The notes under the pieces are model-generated. The model did no database searches. It worked only from the letters and a program-made list of their open reading frames with translations, and had not been told where the DNA came from. Positions 1 through 11,123 of a stretch of 64,000 bases of DNA are shown one piece after another. The stretch is taken from contig PEAP01000003.1 of NCBI GenBank assembly GCA_002753665.1, positions 15,054 through 79,053 of the forward strand. The letters run 5' to 3'. Position 1 is the stretch's first letter. Every line of letters starts with the position of its first letter. Source of the DNA: Magnetococcales bacterium DC0425bin3. Its GTDB lineage: Bacteria; Pseudomonadota; Magnetococcia; Magnetococcales; DC0425bin3. The translations under genes were made by a program, and so were the position numbers.

Positions 1-1056
1 GTGCTGGACCTGGGCAATTCCGGGACCGGCATCCGGCTGCTGACCGGTCTGCTGGCCAGCCGGCCGTTTCTGTCCATCCTCACCGGCGACGCGAGCCTGC
101 GGGGCCGCCCCATGGGCCGGGTGGTCACCCCCCTGACCCGCATGGGGGCCCAGATCCTCGGCCGGGACGGCAACCGCCGGGCGCCCCTGGTGATCCGGGG
201 CACCGAGCTGATCCCCATCGACTACGTCAGTCCGGTGGCCTCGGCCCAGGTGAAGAGCGCCATCCTGCTGGCCGGCATCAACACCCCCGGGGAAACCAGT
301 GTCACCGAACCGGCCCTGACCCGGGACCACACCGAACGGATGCTGGCCGCCTTCGGCGGCACGGTGCAGCGCGACGGCCTGACCGTGCGGGTGGACTGCT
401 GGCCGCGCCTGACCGGACAGACCGTGGCGGTGCCGGGGGATCCGTCCGCCGCCGCCTTTCCCCTGGTGGCGGCCCTGCTGACCCCCGGCTCCGACCTGGT
501 GCTGGAGAACGTGGGCGTCAACCCCACCCGCACCGGGCTCCTGGACCTCCTGGAAATGATGGGCGCCGCCATCGAGCGCTTCAACCTGCGGGAATCCGGA
601 GGGGAACCGGTGGCCGATCTGCGGGTGACCCATGCGGAACTGCGCGGCATCACCGTGCCCCGGGAGGTGATCCCCCGGGCCATCGACGAGTTTCCGGTGT
701 TTTTCGTGGCCGCGGCTTTGGCCGAAGGAGCAACCATTCTGACGGGCGCCGGGGAACTGCGGGTCAAGGAAAGCGACCGCCTCGCCGCCATGGCCCAGGG
801 GCTGACCCACCTGGGGGCCCGGGTCACCGAGACCCCGGACGGTCTCACCATTATCGGCCAGCCCGGCGGCCTGAACGGCGGGCCGGCGGATTCCTGGACC
901 GACCACCGGGTGGCCATGAGCCTGCTGGTGGCCGGCCAGCGCTGCCGGGAGCCGGTCACCGTGACCCGCTGCGACAACATCGACACTTCCTTTCCCGATT
1001 TCCTGCCGCTGATGACCGGCCTGGGCATGGATCTGGGCGTCGGTGACGCCCCATGA
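1..1056 (+). CDS. aroA: 3-phosphoshikimate 1-carboxyvinyltransferase (EPSP synthase), 5'-truncated by the window edge
   Basis: Translation LDLGNSGTGIRLLTGLLA...DHRVAMSLLVAG matches conserved EPSP synthase motifs. Stop overlaps the cmk start (ATGA at 1053-1056). Confidence 0.95.
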   Translation: MLDLGNSGTGIRLLTGLLASRPFLSILTGDASLRGRPMGRVVTPLTRMGAQILGRDGNRRAPLVIRGTELIPIDYVSPVASAQVKSAILLAGINTPGETSVTEPALTRDHTERMLAAFGGTVQRDGLTVRVDCWPRLTGQTVAVPGDPSAAAFPLVAALLTPGSDLVLENVGVNPTRTGLLDLLEMMGAAIERFNLRESGGEPVADLRVTHAELRGITVPREVIPRAIDEFPVFFVAAALAEGATILTGAGELRVKESDRLAAMAQGLTHLGARVTETPDGLTIIGQPGGLNGGPADSWTDHRVAMSLLVAGQRCREPVTVTRCDNIDTSFPDFLPLMTGLGMDLGVGDAP

Positions 1057-1742
1057 CCCCCCGGCATCGGGTGACGGTGGCGGTGGACGGGCCGGCGGGC
1101 TCGGGCAAGGGCAGCGTCTGCCGGGCAGCGGCCGAGCGGTTCGGCTTGGCCTATCTGGACACCGGGTCCCTCTACCGGGCCGTGGGGCTGCTCGCCCTGC
1201 GCCACGGCCTGGAGGCGCCGGCCGCGCTGGCCGCGGCGGCCTCCACCATGTCCTTCGCCTTCCGCCCGGTGGCTCCGGGGGATTATCGGGCCTTCCTGGA
1301 GGGCGAGGATGTGTCCCGGACCCTGCGGGAAGAACAGGTCGGAATGGCCGCCTCCCGGGTGGCCGCCATTCCGGAGGTGCGGGCCGCCCTGCTGACCTTT
1401 CAACGGGGGTACGGCGGCAGCAACGACGCCATTCTTGACGGACGCGACGTGGGAACGGTGATCCTGCCCGACGCCTCTCTGAAGATTTTTCTGGAGGCCT
1501 CCCCCCAGGCTCGGGCCGAACGGCGGGCTTTGGAGTTGCAAGGGGCAGGAAAAGCTGTTAGCTTTCATACCATCCACGCCCGCATGTCCGAGCGCGATGC
1601 CCGAGACCGCGGACGTAACGACGCCCCCTTGACCCCGGCCGCGGATGCCATCCTGATCGACACCACCCACATGACGTTGGCAGAAAGCGTGCGGCAGGTC
1701 GTGCGCCTGGTGGAGAACGTCTTGAGGCGGACCGCCCCTTGA
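1053..1742 (+). CDS. cmk: cytidylate kinase
   Basis: P-loop VAVDGPAGSGKGS followed by YLDTGSLYRAV, typical of Cmk. The aroA-cmk-rpsA order is a common conserved arrangement. Confidence 0.93.
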   Translation: MTPRHRVTVAVDGPAGSGKGSVCRAAAERFGLAYLDTGSLYRAVGLLALRHGLEAPAALAAAASTMSFAFRPVAPGDYRAFLEGEDVSRTLREEQVGMAASRVAAIPEVRAALLTFQRGYGGSNDAILDGRDVGTVILPDASLKIFLEASPQARAERRALELQGAGKAVSFHTIHARMSERDARDRGRNDAPLTPAADAILIDTTHMTLAESVRQVVRLVENVLRRTAP

Positions 1743-1760
1743 GCCGGACAGGTGGGGTAT

Positions 1761-3527
1761 ATGTCAACCAGCAACCCAAATTTTGAGGACCGTTTCGTGG
1801 CTGCAGAAGACCGGGTCCAGGACCCCGAAATTGCCGACGAGAATTTTGCCTCCCTGCTCGAAGAATCCTTCAGCAAAGGGGTAGGCAAAGAAGGAACGGT
1901 GGTCAGCGGCACCATCATCCAGCAGGAAGGCGAGGAGTTCGTCATCGACGTCGGCCTGAAATCCGAAGGCCGGTTGGCGGTGCGGGAATTCCTGAATGGC
2001 GATGGGAAATTGACCATCGGGGTGGGAGACCGGGTCGATGTCTTCGTGGAACGTACCGAAGACCAAAACGGCCAGGCGGTCCTCTCCCGCGAAAAGGCCA
2101 AACGGGAGGAGGCCTGGGTGGCCCTGGAAAAGGCCTTCAACAACAAGGAAACCGTCCATGGCCGGATCATCGGCAAGGTCAAGGGCGGCTACACGGTGGA
2201 CATCAATTCGCTGGCCGCCTTCCTGCCCGGCTCCCAGGTGGATGTGCGTCCGGTTCACGACATCACCCGCCTCCAGGAAGAGCATCAGCCCTTCGACATC
2301 CTCAAGATGGATCGCCGCCGGGGCAACATCGTGGTGAGCCGCCGCACGGTGATCGAACGTCACCGCGAGGATGCCCGCAAGGCCCTGCTGGAAACCCTCC
2401 ACGAAGGCATGATCCTGGACGGGGTGGTGAAGAACATCACCGACTACGGCGCCTTCGTCGATCTCGGCGGTCTGGATGGCCTGCTGCACATCACCGACAT
2501 GTCCTGGAAACGGGTCAAGCATCCCTCCAGCGTGGTCAACGTGGGCGACACGGTGGCGGTGCAGGTGATCAAGTTCAATCCCGACACCCAACGCATCTCC
2601 CTGGGCATGAAGCAACTGCTGACCGACCCCTGGGAGGGCATCGGCGCCAAATATCCCCCCGAGGCCCGCTTCCGGGGCACGGTCACCAACATCACCGACT
2701 ACGGCGCCTTCGTGGAGCTGGAGCCGGGGGTGGAAGGCCTGGCCCATGTGTCGGAACTGGCCTGGACCAAAAAGAACATCCATCCCTCCAAAATCCTGGA
2801 AGTGGGCCGGGAGGTGGAGGTGATGGTGCTGGACGTGGACGCCGACCGGCGCCGCATCTCCCTGGGTCTCAAGCAGTGCCTGGAGAATCCCTGGGAGGCC
2901 TTCGCGGCCAGTCATCCGGTGGGCACCAGCGTCACCGGGGAGATCAAGAACATCACCGAGTTCGGCCTGTTCGTCGGGCTGGAGGGGGACATCGACGGTC
3001 TGGTCCATCTCTCCGACGTGACCTGGGACGCCGCCGCCGGCGAGGATGTCCTCAAGCAGTTCCAGAAGGGCCAGCAGGTGGAAACGGTGGTCCTCTCCCT
3101 GGATCCGGAAAAGGAGCGCATCTCCCTGGGCCTGAAGCAGGCCTCACCGGACGATTGGAGCCAGTGGGTGGACGCCAATCCCAAGGGCAACGTCATCACC
3201 GGCACCATCAAGGAAGTCCTCAACTCCGGCTTTGTCCTGACCCTGGCCGAGGGGGTCGAAGCCCTGCTGCGCAAGGCCGATCTGAGTCAGGACGCCCGGG
3301 ATTCGGGCGCCACGCCCCAGGTGGGTGACCAGTTGGAAGTGAAGATCACCCAGGTGGACCGGCAGAAGCGCAAAATCTCCGTCTCCGTCAAGGCGCTGGA
3401 AATGGCCCAGGAACGCCAGGCCCTCAAGGAGTACACCTCCCCCCGGGGAGGGGGTGGGAGCATCAGCAGCCTGGGCGAAGCCCTGAGCCAGGCCCTGGAA
3501 AAGGCCAATACCGGCAACAATTCCTGA
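1761..3527 (+). CDS. rpsA: 30S ribosomal protein S1
   Basis: Six S1 domains with repeated ITDYGAFV / GLVHxSD motifs. The track ORF starts at GTG 1752; ATG 1761 preceded by AGGTGGGG is the more likely start. Confidence 0.95.
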   Translation: MSTSNPNFEDRFVAAEDRVQDPEIADENFASLLEESFSKGVGKEGTVVSGTIIQQEGEEFVIDVGLKSEGRLAVREFLNGDGKLTIGVGDRVDVFVERTEDQNGQAVLSREKAKREEAWVALEKAFNNKETVHGRIIGKVKGGYTVDINSLAAFLPGSQVDVRPVHDITRLQEEHQPFDILKMDRRRGNIVVSRRTVIERHREDARKALLETLHEGMILDGVVKNITDYGAFVDLGGLDGLLHITDMSWKRVKHPSSVVNVGDTVAVQVIKFNPDTQRISLGMKQLLTDPWEGIGAKYPPEARFRGTVTNITDYGAFVELEPGVEGLAHVSELAWTKKNIHPSKILEVGREVEVMVLDVDADRRRISLGLKQCLENPWEAFAASHPVGTSVTGEIKNITEFGLFVGLEGDIDGLVHLSDVTWDAAAGEDVLKQFQKGQQVETVVLSLDPEKERISLGLKQASPDDWSQWVDANPKGNVITGTIKEVLNSGFVLTLAEGVEALLRKADLSQDARDSGATPQVGDQLEVKITQVDRQKRKISVSVKALEMAQERQALKEYTSPRGGGGSISSLGEALSQALEKANTGNNS

Positions 3528-3544
3528 CCGCATCGGGAACCGCA

Positions 3545-3584
3545 CGCCGTCCGGGCGGGGGGAGAATCCCCTGCCTGGACGGCG
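3545..3584 (+). terminator. long imperfect GC-rich hairpin downstream of rpsA (no U-tract)
   Basis: CGCCGTCCGGGCGGGGGGA-gaa-TCCCCTGCCTGGACGGCG inverted repeat 18 nt after the rpsA stop. A possible terminator or RNA-processing hairpin. Confidence 0.3.
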
Positions 3585-3666
3585 CGCCCACCGGGACGAT
3601 TCTTCCGTCGGTCATCCGTCCAGACGCCGCCCTGGCGTTGCGATTACCAGCCCGTGACTTGACCCG

Positions 3667-3972
3667 ATGCGTGGCCGTCTCCACCTGCTTCCGGCCCTGA
3701 TCCTGATGATCGGCGCCCTGCTCTTCAGCCTGACCGATCCGGGAGAGGTTCCGGTGCCTCTGCCGGGCGGGGCCGGGCCCCTGCCGGTGCCCTTGACCGG
3801 GCTGCTGTTCATTCCGCTGTCGATCGGTTTTCTGCTGGGTCTGTTCGCCAGCTGGGCAGATGGCGCCCAATGCCGCCGCCGGGCCAGTGAGCTGCTGCGG
3901 GACAATCGGGCGCTGGAGGAAGAGCTGACCAACCTGCGCAACCTGCCCCTGGACGATACCCTTCACTCCTGA
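3667..3972 (+). CDS. lapA: LapA-like small inner-membrane protein (DUF1049 family)
   Basis: 101 aa with two hydrophobic helices and a C-terminal coiled segment (RALEEELTNLRNL). Sits immediately upstream of lapB, as in the conserved rpsA...lapA-lapB arrangement. Confidence 0.6.
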   Translation: MRGRLHLLPALILMIGALLFSLTDPGEVPVPLPGGAGPLPVPLTGLLFIPLSIGFLLGLFASWADGAQCRRRASELLRDNRALEEELTNLRNLPLDDTLHS

Positions 3973-4094
3973 GACCCTGTCCGGTCCTCTTTAACCGTGC
4001 AAGTCGCGAGGCGACGGTCAGCGGTGGAGGGTGAAGGACGGCTTCCCCCATTCATCGAGGTCAGGACAGCCTCTGAACCGTTGAGCCCTTGGGC

Positions 4095-5270
4095 ATGGAC
4101 TTTTCGCATCTGGCCGGTTGGTGGGCGCTGCTGCTCACGGTGGGGGTGATCCTGTTCAGCACCGGCCACCGGATGGGGCGCCGTCAGGATTCCGCCTCTC
4201 CCCAGCCGGAGCCGGGGAATCCCCACAACGTCTTCTATTTCCAGGGCATGAACTTCCTGCTGGCGGACCAGCCGGACAAGGCCATCGAAGCCCTGGTGCA
4301 GGCGGTGCGGCTCAACTCGGAGACGGTGGAGATCTATCTGTCCCTGGGCAGCCTGTTCCGGGCCCGGGGGGAGGTGGGGCGGGCCATCCGCATCCATCAG
4401 ACCATCATTGCACGCCCCAACCTGTCCCTGGGGATCCGCACCGCCGCTCTTTACGGCCTGGCGGAGGATTTCCGCCAGGGGGGGTTCGTGGACCGGGCGG
4501 TGGCGGCCTATCGTCAGGTGCTGGAGGTGGATCCCCACCACCAGCAGGCCCTGGCCGGGCTGCAGATGCTCCATGAGCGGGAAGGCTGCTGGGAGCGCGC
4601 CCTGGAGGCCCTGAAGCGACTGGAACAGGTGTCCGGCAAACCCGATCCCCGCCGGGAGGCCCACCTGCGTCTGAAACAGGGCCTGGAGCTGGCCCGCAAG
4701 GGAGAGACCGGCCGGGCCGAGGAGACCTACCGCACCGCGCTGCGGATCCATCCCGGCTGTGTGGAGGCCGGCCGGCTGTTGGGGGAGGCCCAGTTGGCCC
4801 GGGGGGACGTGCCGGGGGCCATCGCGAGTTTCGTCCACCTGAACCAGACCCGGCCCAGCCATTTTTTCCTGCTGGTGGAACCCCTGGGGCGGGCTTACGA
4901 CCTGCTCGACGACCGGGAGGGCTTCGAACGCTGCCTGAACGACGCCGCCACCGCCCCCACCGCCCCCACCCAGTTGATGGTGCGCTGGAGCCGACTGCTG
5001 GAGGAGCGGGGCGACCTGGAAGGGGCCGCCCGGGTGTTGCGCCAGGGGCTGGCGCGGAAGCCGGGCTCGGCGGTGCTGGCCGACCGCCTGATCGACCTGC
5101 TGGCCCGCCGGGAGGACTGGCCCCAGACGGTGGCGGTGGCCCGGGGCTGCCTGGAACACATCACCGCGCAGCAGCATGCGTTCCAATGCGGCCAATGCGG
5201 CTTCAAAAGCCGGGATATCTACTGGAAATGTCCCCAATGCCATCATTGGGACACCATGGAGCCCTTGTAA
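4095..5270 (+). CDS. lapB: LPS assembly protein LapB (YciM): TPR protein with C-terminal rubredoxin-type zinc finger
   Basis: N-terminal TM helix, TPR repeats, and C-terminal FQCGQCGFKSRDIYWKCPQCHHWDT metal-binding motif. The track start is TTG 4089; ATG 4095 is more likely. Confidence 0.85.
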   Translation: MDFSHLAGWWALLLTVGVILFSTGHRMGRRQDSASPQPEPGNPHNVFYFQGMNFLLADQPDKAIEALVQAVRLNSETVEIYLSLGSLFRARGEVGRAIRIHQTIIARPNLSLGIRTAALYGLAEDFRQGGFVDRAVAAYRQVLEVDPHHQQALAGLQMLHEREGCWERALEALKRLEQVSGKPDPRREAHLRLKQGLELARKGETGRAEETYRTALRIHPGCVEAGRLLGEAQLARGDVPGAIASFVHLNQTRPSHFFLLVEPLGRAYDLLDDREGFERCLNDAATAPTAPTQLMVRWSRLLEERGDLEGAARVLRQGLARKPGSAVLADRLIDLLARREDWPQTVAVARGCLEHITAQQHAFQCGQCGFKSRDIYWKCPQCHHWDTMEPL

Positions 5271-5359
5271 GGCAATCCTGGCCCCGGTTACCTTTGCGGA
5301 GTCGAGAGACAGCACGCCTCGAACCGATCCTCATCCTTCTTGCGGAGTCCGATCCACCC

Positions 5360-5803
5360 ATGCGCATCCTCACCGCCTGCGACCACGGAGCCTATGAATT
5401 GAAAGAACTGTTGCGGCACCATCTGGAAAGCCGCAACCATGCCGTCGTCAACCTGGGCACGGACGGCCCGGAGTCGGTGGACTATCCCGATTACGCCGCC
5501 AAACTGTGCCGGGCCCTGCTGGCCGGCGAGGGGGAGCGGGGCATTCTGTTGTGCGGCACCGGCATCGGCATCTCCATCGCCGCCAACCGGTTTCCCGGCA
5601 TCCGCGCCGCTCTGTGCCACGACGAGTTGACCGCCCGCCTGGCCCGGGAACACAACGATGCCAACGTGCTGGTTCTGGGGGGACGCACCACCGGAGCGGC
5701 CACGGCCCTGGGCATTCTGGATGTCTGGCTGGACACCCCCTTCGCGGGGGGACGCCATCAACGCCGTCTGGACCGTCTGGAGCAGGTGACGGTGCGCGGC
5801 TGA
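5360..5803 (+). CDS. rpiB: ribose-5-phosphate isomerase B
   Basis: [15 protein letters not shown]...[22 protein letters not shown]...NVLVLGGR is a typical RpiB/LacAB sequence. The track ORF has an upstream non-homologous extension from 5186. Confidence 0.9.
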   Translation: MRILTACDHGAYELKELLRHHLESRNHAVVNLGTDGPESVDYPDYAAKLCRALLAGEGERGILLCGTGIGISIAANRFPGIRAALCHDELTARLAREHNDANVLVLGGRTTGAATALGILDVWLDTPFAGGRHQRRLDRLEQVTVRG

Positions 5804-5841
5804 CCCCATTCCATCGACCACATACAGGGAAGGAACGCCCC

Positions 5842-7107
5842 ATGTCCGCGTTGCCCGTCGATTTGCCGCAATTCGACCCGGAGGTTCATGCCGCCATCCA
5901 GGGGGAGCTGGGCCGCCAGCGGGATCAGATCGAGCTGATCGCCTCGGAAAACATCGTCAGCCCCGCGGTGCTGGCCGCCCAGGGCTGCGTGATGACCAAC
6001 AAGTATGCCGAGGGCTATCCCCACAAGCGCTATTACGGCGGCTGCGAATTCGTGGACCAGGTGGAAGACCTGGCCATCCAGCGGGCCAAGGCGTTGTTCG
6101 GCTGTGGATTCGTCAACGTGCAGCCCCACTCCGGGTCCCAGGCCAACATGGGCGCCTACCTGGCCCTCATCGATCCGGGCGATACCATCCTGGGCATGTC
6201 CCTGGCCCATGGCGGTCACCTGACCCATGGCGCCACGGTCAACTTCTCCGGGCAGGTGTTCAGGGCGGTGCAGTACGGGTTGGACAAGGTCACCGAGCGG
6301 ATCGATTACGATCAAGTGGCGGCCCTGGCCCGGGAGCATCGGCCCCGGGTGATCGTGGCCGGCGCGTCGGCCTACAGCCGGGTGATCGACTTTCCCCGTT
6401 TTCGGGAGATCTGCGACGCCATCGGCGCCGCCCTGGTGGTGGACATGGCCCATTTCGCCGGCCTGGTGGCCACCGGCGAGCATCCCAGCCCCATCCCCTA
6501 CGCCGACGTGGTGACCACCACCACCCACAAAACCCTGCGGGGCCCCCGGGGCGGGATGATCCTCACCAACCGGGAGGATCTGGCCAAGAAGATCAACTCC
6601 CGGATCTTTCCCGGCATTCAGGGCGGCCCGCTGATGCATGTCATCGCCGCCAAGGCGGTGGCCTTCAAGGAAGCCCTGAGCCCCGATTTCAAGGTCTACT
6701 GCCAGCAGATCCGCAAGAACGCCGTGGCCCTGGCCGAGGCCCTGGTGGCGGGCGGTCTGCGCATCGTCTCCGGCGGCACCGACAACCACCTGATGCTGGT
6801 GGATCTGACCAGCCGCAACATCACCGGCAAGGACACCGAGGCGGCCCTGGAGCGGGCCGGGCTCACCTGCAACAAGAACGCCATTCCCGGCGATCCCCGC
6901 AGTCCCTTCGTCACCTCCGGCATCCGGCTGGGCACCCCTGCCGGCACCACCCGGGGCCTGGGTACCGGGGAGTTCACCGCCATCGGCCGGTGGATCGTGC
7001 AGGTGGTGGACGGGGTGTCCCGGGGGGATGCCGGCGCCATCGAACGGGAGGTCCGCGCCCAGGTGGCGGAATTGTGCCGGCGGTTTCCGGTCTATCCCAC
7101 CCTGTGA
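5842..7107 (+). CDS. glyA: serine hydroxymethyltransferase
   Basis: [30 protein letters not shown] and the PLP-lysine region [16 protein letters not shown]. The start is ATG 5842; the track ORF (5506) carries an off-homology extension. Confidence 0.97.
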   Translation: MSALPVDLPQFDPEVHAAIQGELGRQRDQIELIASENIVSPAVLAAQGCVMTNKYAEGYPHKRYYGGCEFVDQVEDLAIQRAKALFGCGFVNVQPHSGSQANMGAYLALIDPGDTILGMSLAHGGHLTHGATVNFSGQVFRAVQYGLDKVTERIDYDQVAALAREHRPRVIVAGASAYSRVIDFPRFREICDAIGAALVVDMAHFAGLVATGEHPSPIPYADVVTTTTHKTLRGPRGGMILTNREDLAKKINSRIFPGIQGGPLMHVIAAKAVAFKEALSPDFKVYCQQIRKNAVALAEALVAGGLRIVSGGTDNHLMLVDLTSRNITGKDTEAALERAGLTCNKNAIPGDPRSPFVTSGIRLGTPAGTTRGLGTGEFTAIGRWIVQVVDGVSRGDAGAIEREVRAQVAELCRRFPVYPTL

Positions 7108-8237
7108 ACGGCTCCGACGCCCGTTTCATGGCCCGCGCCCTGGCCCTGGCCGCCCGCGGGGCCGGGCGCACCCGTCCCAACCCCACGGTGGGCTGCGTGG
7201 TGGTGGCCGACGGCCGGGCCGTGGGATGGGGCTGGCACCGCCGGGCTGGAGCGCCCCATGCCGAGGTGGAGGCCCTGGCCATGGCCGGTTCCCGAGCCCA
7301 GGGCGCCACCGCCTACGTCACCCTGGAACCCTGCAGCCATTTCGGCCGCACGCCGCCCTGCGCCGACGCCCTGATCCGGGCCGGCGTGGCCCGGGTGGTG
7401 GCCGCGGTCACCGATCCCAACCCCCGGGTGGCGGGGCAGGGTCTCGAACGATTGCGGCAGGCCGGCATCGAGGTCACCCTCGGCGTGGGCCAACAGGAGG
7501 CGTCCCGCCTGCTGGCCCCGTTCTTCTCCTGGGTGACCCGCGGCCGGCCCAGCCTCACCCTGAAGAGCGCCGCCTCCCTGGACGGCAAGATCGCCACCCG
7601 CAGCGGCGAAAGCCAATGGATCACCGGTCCGGCCGCCCGCACCCGGGTGCAGCGCCTGCGGGATGTCCACGACCTAGTGCTGGTGGGCATCGGCACCGTG
7701 CTGGCCGATGATCCCCAGCTCAACTGCCGCCTGCCGGGCGGACGGGATCCGGTCCGCCTGGTGGTGGACTCCCAGCTGCGCACCCCCCCCGACAGTCGGA
7801 TCCTGACCAGCTCCACCACCGCCCCGACCTGGATCGCCACCACCGGAACAGCGGATCCGGACCGCGCCAAACGCCTGGCCGCCGCCGGGGCGGAGATCCT
7901 CCACTGCCCGGACGATGGCCAGGGCCGGGTGGATCTGGCCGCCCTGCTGACCCTGCTGGGCCAGCGGGACATCACCAGCGTCCTCTCCGAGGCCGGCGGC
8001 ACCCTGACCCAGGCCCTGCTGGACGCCCGGCTGGCCGACCGGCTGGCCCTGTTCCTGGCGCCCCGGCTGATCGGCGGACGGACCGCCCCGGGCTTTCTGG
8101 CCGGCGCGGGCATCGGGCATCTGGCGGATTCGCCATGGCTGGAGGACATGACCGTGACCCGGTTGGGTGACGATTGGCTTCTGGAAGGATCCCTCCGTTA
8201 CACACCAGCGTCGGAAACACCATGTTTACGGGATTGA
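7104..8237 (+). CDS. ribD: bifunctional diaminohydroxyphosphoribosylaminopyrimidine deaminase / 5-amino-6-(5-phosphoribosylamino)uracil reductase
   Basis: [12 protein letters not shown]...[12 protein letters not shown]...HAEVEAL...[14 protein letters not shown] deaminase motifs plus a reductase domain. GTG 7104 overlaps the glyA stop (GTGA); the alternative start is ATG 7128. Confidence 0.92.
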   Translation: MNGSDARFMARALALAARGAGRTRPNPTVGCVVVADGRAVGWGWHRRAGAPHAEVEALAMAGSRAQGATAYVTLEPCSHFGRTPPCADALIRAGVARVVAAVTDPNPRVAGQGLERLRQAGIEVTLGVGQQEASRLLAPFFSWVTRGRPSLTLKSAASLDGKIATRSGESQWITGPAARTRVQRLRDVHDLVLVGIGTVLADDPQLNCRLPGGRDPVRLVVDSQLRTPPDSRILTSSTTAPTWIATTGTADPDRAKRLAAAGAEILHCPDDGQGRVDLAALLTLLGQRDITSVLSEAGGTLTQALLDARLADRLALFLAPRLIGGRTAPGFLAGAGIGHLADSPWLEDMTVTRLGDDWLLEGSLRYTPASETPCLRD

Positions 8238-8905
8238 TCGCGGATGTGGGCAAGATCGTTGCGGTGCAACGCTCCAGCCAGGATTGGCGCCTGCGCATCG
8301 CCTGCGGCTTCGACATGACCGGCATCACCCTGGGCGACTCCATCGCCGTCAACGGCGCCTGCCTGACCGTGGTGGCGAAGTCCCAGTCCACCTTCGACGT
8401 GGACGCCTCCCTGGAAACCGTGCAACGCACCACCTTCGCTACCCTGAGCCCGGGCGCCCCGGTCAACCTGGAACAGGCCCTGACCCTCGCCGACCGCCTG
8501 GATGGCCACCTGGTGCAAGGCCATGTGGATGCCGTGGGCCAGGTGGACCGCATCACCCCCAAGGGACGCTCGGTGGAAATATGGTTCCGTGTCCCCGCCT
8601 CTTCGGGAAGGTATATTGTGGAAAAAGGCTCCATCGCCGTGGACGGCGTCAGCCTGACCGTCAACAGCGTGCGGGACATGGGCGAGGAAACCGGCTTTGC
8701 GGTCAACATCATCCCCCATACCCAACTGAAGACCACCCTGGCCGGCCTGACCCCCGGCAGCAGGGTCAACGTGGAAACCGACCTGATCGGTCGTTATGTG
8801 GAGCGCCTGCTCAAGGGGGGCGCGGTCCATTCTCCGGCGGCTCCGAGCAAAGCCGCCCCAGGCCCCATCGACGAGGCATGGCTGCGCAGCAAGGGCTTTG
8901 CCTGA
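8222..8905 (+). CDS. ribE: riboflavin synthase (alpha chain)
   Basis: [12 protein letters not shown]...[13 protein letters not shown]...[12 protein letters not shown]: the duplicated lumazine-binding motif of riboflavin synthase. Confidence 0.9.
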   Translation: MFTGLIADVGKIVAVQRSSQDWRLRIACGFDMTGITLGDSIAVNGACLTVVAKSQSTFDVDASLETVQRTTFATLSPGAPVNLEQALTLADRLDGHLVQGHVDAVGQVDRITPKGRSVEIWFRVPASSGRYIVEKGSIAVDGVSLTVNSVRDMGEETGFAVNIIPHTQLKTTLAGLTPGSRVNVETDLIGRYVERLLKGGAVHSPAAPSKAAPGPIDEAWLRSKGFA

Positions 8906-8921
8906 ATTTTCGGAAGACCCG

Positions 8922-10157
8922 ATGTCCCAAACCTTCAATACGATCCAAGAAATCATCACCGACTTCGCCGCCGGCCGCATCGTCATCCTGGTGGACGACG
9001 AAAACCGCGAAAACGAAGGCGACCTGATCGTCGCTGCGGAAAAATGCACCCCGGAAGTGGTCAACTTCATGGCCATGCACGGCCGGGGGCTGATCTGCCT
9101 GGCCCTGACCGAGGAGCGCGTCCGTTTCCTCCAGCTGCCCCTGATGGTGGTGGACAACGACGCCAAGTTCAAGACCGCCTTCACCGTCTCCATCGAGGCC
9201 CGCACCGGGGTGACCACCGGCATCTCGGCCCACGACCGGGCCTGCACCGTGGCTGCCGCCATCAACCCGGACGGCACCCCCCAGGACGTGGTGCGGCCCG
9301 GCCATGTGTTCCCCCTGGTGGCCCGGGACGGCGGCGTGCTGGTGCGCACCGGCCATACCGAAGCCTCGGTGGACCTGGCCCGCCTGTCCGGCCTGAACCC
9401 CTCGGCGGTGATCTGCGAAATCCTCAAACACGACGGCAGCATGGCCCGGGTGCCGGACCTGCTGGAGTTCGCCAGACATCACGGCATCAAGATCGGCACC
9501 ATCGCCGACCTGATCTCCTACCGCATCGGCAACGAAAAGATGGTCCACCGGGCGGTGGAAACCCGGCTGCCCAGCGCCTTCGGCGGCGAGTGGCAGCTGA
9601 TCGTCTTCACCAACGACGTGGACGACTTCCAGCATGTGGCCCTGGTCAAGGGCGAGGTCAACGACGGCGAACCGGTGCTGGTGCGGGTGCATTCCGAGTG
9701 CCTCACCGGCGACCTGTTCGGCAGCCTGCGCTGCGACTGCGGCAGCCAGTTGCAGTCGGCCATGGAGATGATCGGCGAGGCCCGCCGCGGGGTGATCCTC
9801 TACCTGCGCCAGGAAGGCCGGGGCATCGGGCTGGTCAACAAGATGCACGCCTACAACCTGCAAGATCAGGGGCTCGATACGGTGGAAGCCAACAAAGAGC
9901 TTGGCTTCTCCCCCGACCTGCGGGACTATGGCATCGGTGCGCAGATCCTGCGGGATCTGGGAATCACCCGGTTGAAACTGCTGACCAACAACCCGAAAAA
10001 GATCATCGGGCTGGAAGGGTACGGCATGGAGGTGGTGGAACGGGTGCCCATCGAGATCAAGTCCCGGGAACACAATGCCCGCTACCTGGCCGCCAAGAAG
10101 CACAAGCTCGGCCACCTGATCCGGCAGTTTCCGGAGGTCCCGGGTCCGGGAACGTGA
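8922..10157 (+). CDS. ribBA: bifunctional 3,4-dihydroxy-2-butanone-4-phosphate synthase / GTP cyclohydrolase II
   Basis: [13 protein letters not shown] (DHBP synthase) and [21 protein letters not shown]...[12 protein letters not shown] (GTP cyclohydrolase II). Confidence 0.95.
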   Translation: MSQTFNTIQEIITDFAAGRIVILVDDENRENEGDLIVAAEKCTPEVVNFMAMHGRGLICLALTEERVRFLQLPLMVVDNDAKFKTAFTVSIEARTGVTTGISAHDRACTVAAAINPDGTPQDVVRPGHVFPLVARDGGVLVRTGHTEASVDLARLSGLNPSAVICEILKHDGSMARVPDLLEFARHHGIKIGTIADLISYRIGNEKMVHRAVETRLPSAFGGEWQLIVFTNDVDDFQHVALVKGEVNDGEPVLVRVHSECLTGDLFGSLRCDCGSQLQSAMEMIGEARRGVILYLRQEGRGIGLVNKMHAYNLQDQGLDTVEANKELGFSPDLRDYGIGAQILRDLGITRLKLLTNNPKKIIGLEGYGMEVVERVPIEIKSREHNARYLAAKKHKLGHLIRQFPEVPGPGT

Positions 10158-10169
10158 GGAAAGTCTGAC

Positions 10170-10646
10170 ATGGATACGAGTCGAATCAATACGCTGGAGG
10201 GTCATCTGGATGCCTCCGGCCTGCGCTGCGGCCTGATCGTGAGCCGGTTCAACAGCTTCATCACCGAACGGCTGGTGGACGGGGCCGTGGACTGCCTGCT
10301 GCGCAACGGCGCCGAGGCCGGCAACCTCACCCTGATCCGGGTGCCGGGGGCCTTCGAGATTCCCATGGCGGCCCGGCGGGCGGCCCTGGCCGGCCGGTTC
10401 GACGCCCTGATCTGCCTGGGGGCGGTGATCCGGGGGGCCACACCCCATTTCGACTATGTGGCCGCCGAGGTCAGCAAGGGGGTCGCCACCGTCAGCCTGG
10501 AGACCGGCCTGCCCATCGGCTTCGGGGTGTTGACCACCGAAACGGTGGAGCAGGCCATCGACCGGGCCGGGGCCAAGGCCGGCAACAAGGGCTGGGACAC
10601 CGCCCTGTCGGTCATCGAAATGGTGAATCTCTACAAGAAGCTATAG
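10170..10646 (+). CDS. ribH: 6,7-dimethyl-8-ribityllumazine synthase
   Basis: 158 aa; [12 protein letters not shown]...VPGAFEIP...[14 protein letters not shown] are lumazine synthase motifs. Confidence 0.95.
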   Translation: MDTSRINTLEGHLDASGLRCGLIVSRFNSFITERLVDGAVDCLLRNGAEAGNLTLIRVPGAFEIPMAARRAALAGRFDALICLGAVIRGATPHFDYVAAEVSKGVATVSLETGLPIGFGVLTTETVEQAIDRAGAKAGNKGWDTALSVIEMVNLYKKL

Positions 10647-10659
10647 ATCGCGGACCGGA

Positions 10660-11121
10660 ATGCCGAACAACCGCAACACCGGCCAGCGCCGGGCCATGGG
10701 TGGACGCCGCAAGGCGCGGGAACTGACTGTGCAGGCCCTGTACCAGAGCGAACTGGCAGGGGTGGCGGTGGAGGAGGCAGTGGAGCAACTGTGTCAGGAT
10801 GCCGGGGAACGGGCCGACCTGGACTATTTCCGCCGCCTGGCCGGAGGCATCGCCCGACGGCTGCCGGAACTGGACGGCTGGATCGACACCGCCGTGCAGA
10901 AATGGACCCCGGAACGGATCTCCATCGTGGACCGCAACGTCATGCGGCTGGGGATCTATGAACTGCTGGCGGAGCCGGACGTGCCGCGCAATGTTGCCAT
11001 CAACGAGGCCATCGAGCTTTCCAAACGGTTCGGAGGGGAGGGTTCCGGACGTTTCGTCAACGGGATATTGGACCAGGTTGCCGCCCAGGTGCGCAAGGAT
11101 GGCGACCCGGGGGAGGAGTAG
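10660..11121 (+). CDS. nusB: transcription antitermination factor NusB
   Basis: RRKARELTVQALYQ...INEAIELSKRFGGEGSGRFVNGILD. The ribH-nusB-thiL order is conserved. Confidence 0.9.
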   Translation: MPNNRNTGQRRAMGGRRKARELTVQALYQSELAGVAVEEAVEQLCQDAGERADLDYFRRLAGGIARRLPELDGWIDTAVQKWTPERISIVDRNVMRLGIYELLAEPDVPRNVAINEAIELSKRFGGEGSGRFVNGILDQVAAQVRKDGDPGEE

Positions 11122-11123
11122 AG

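Noticed and set aside
222-1670. 482-aa minus-strand ORF. The same applies to similar long antisense or off-frame ORFs at 1764..3008, 8811..10448, 10956..12134, 18438..20486, 20432..22180, 21133..22908, 24285..26015, 48065..50440 and 51790..53709.
   Set aside because: All overlap well-supported genes on the other strand or in another frame. They show the R/G/P/H-rich composition of non-coding frames in GC-rich DNA.
7000-8925. FMN (RFN) riboswitch in front of ribD or ribBA
   Set aside because: ribD overlaps the glyA stop, and the ribE-ribBA gap is only 16 nt. There is no room for a ~150-nt aptamer.
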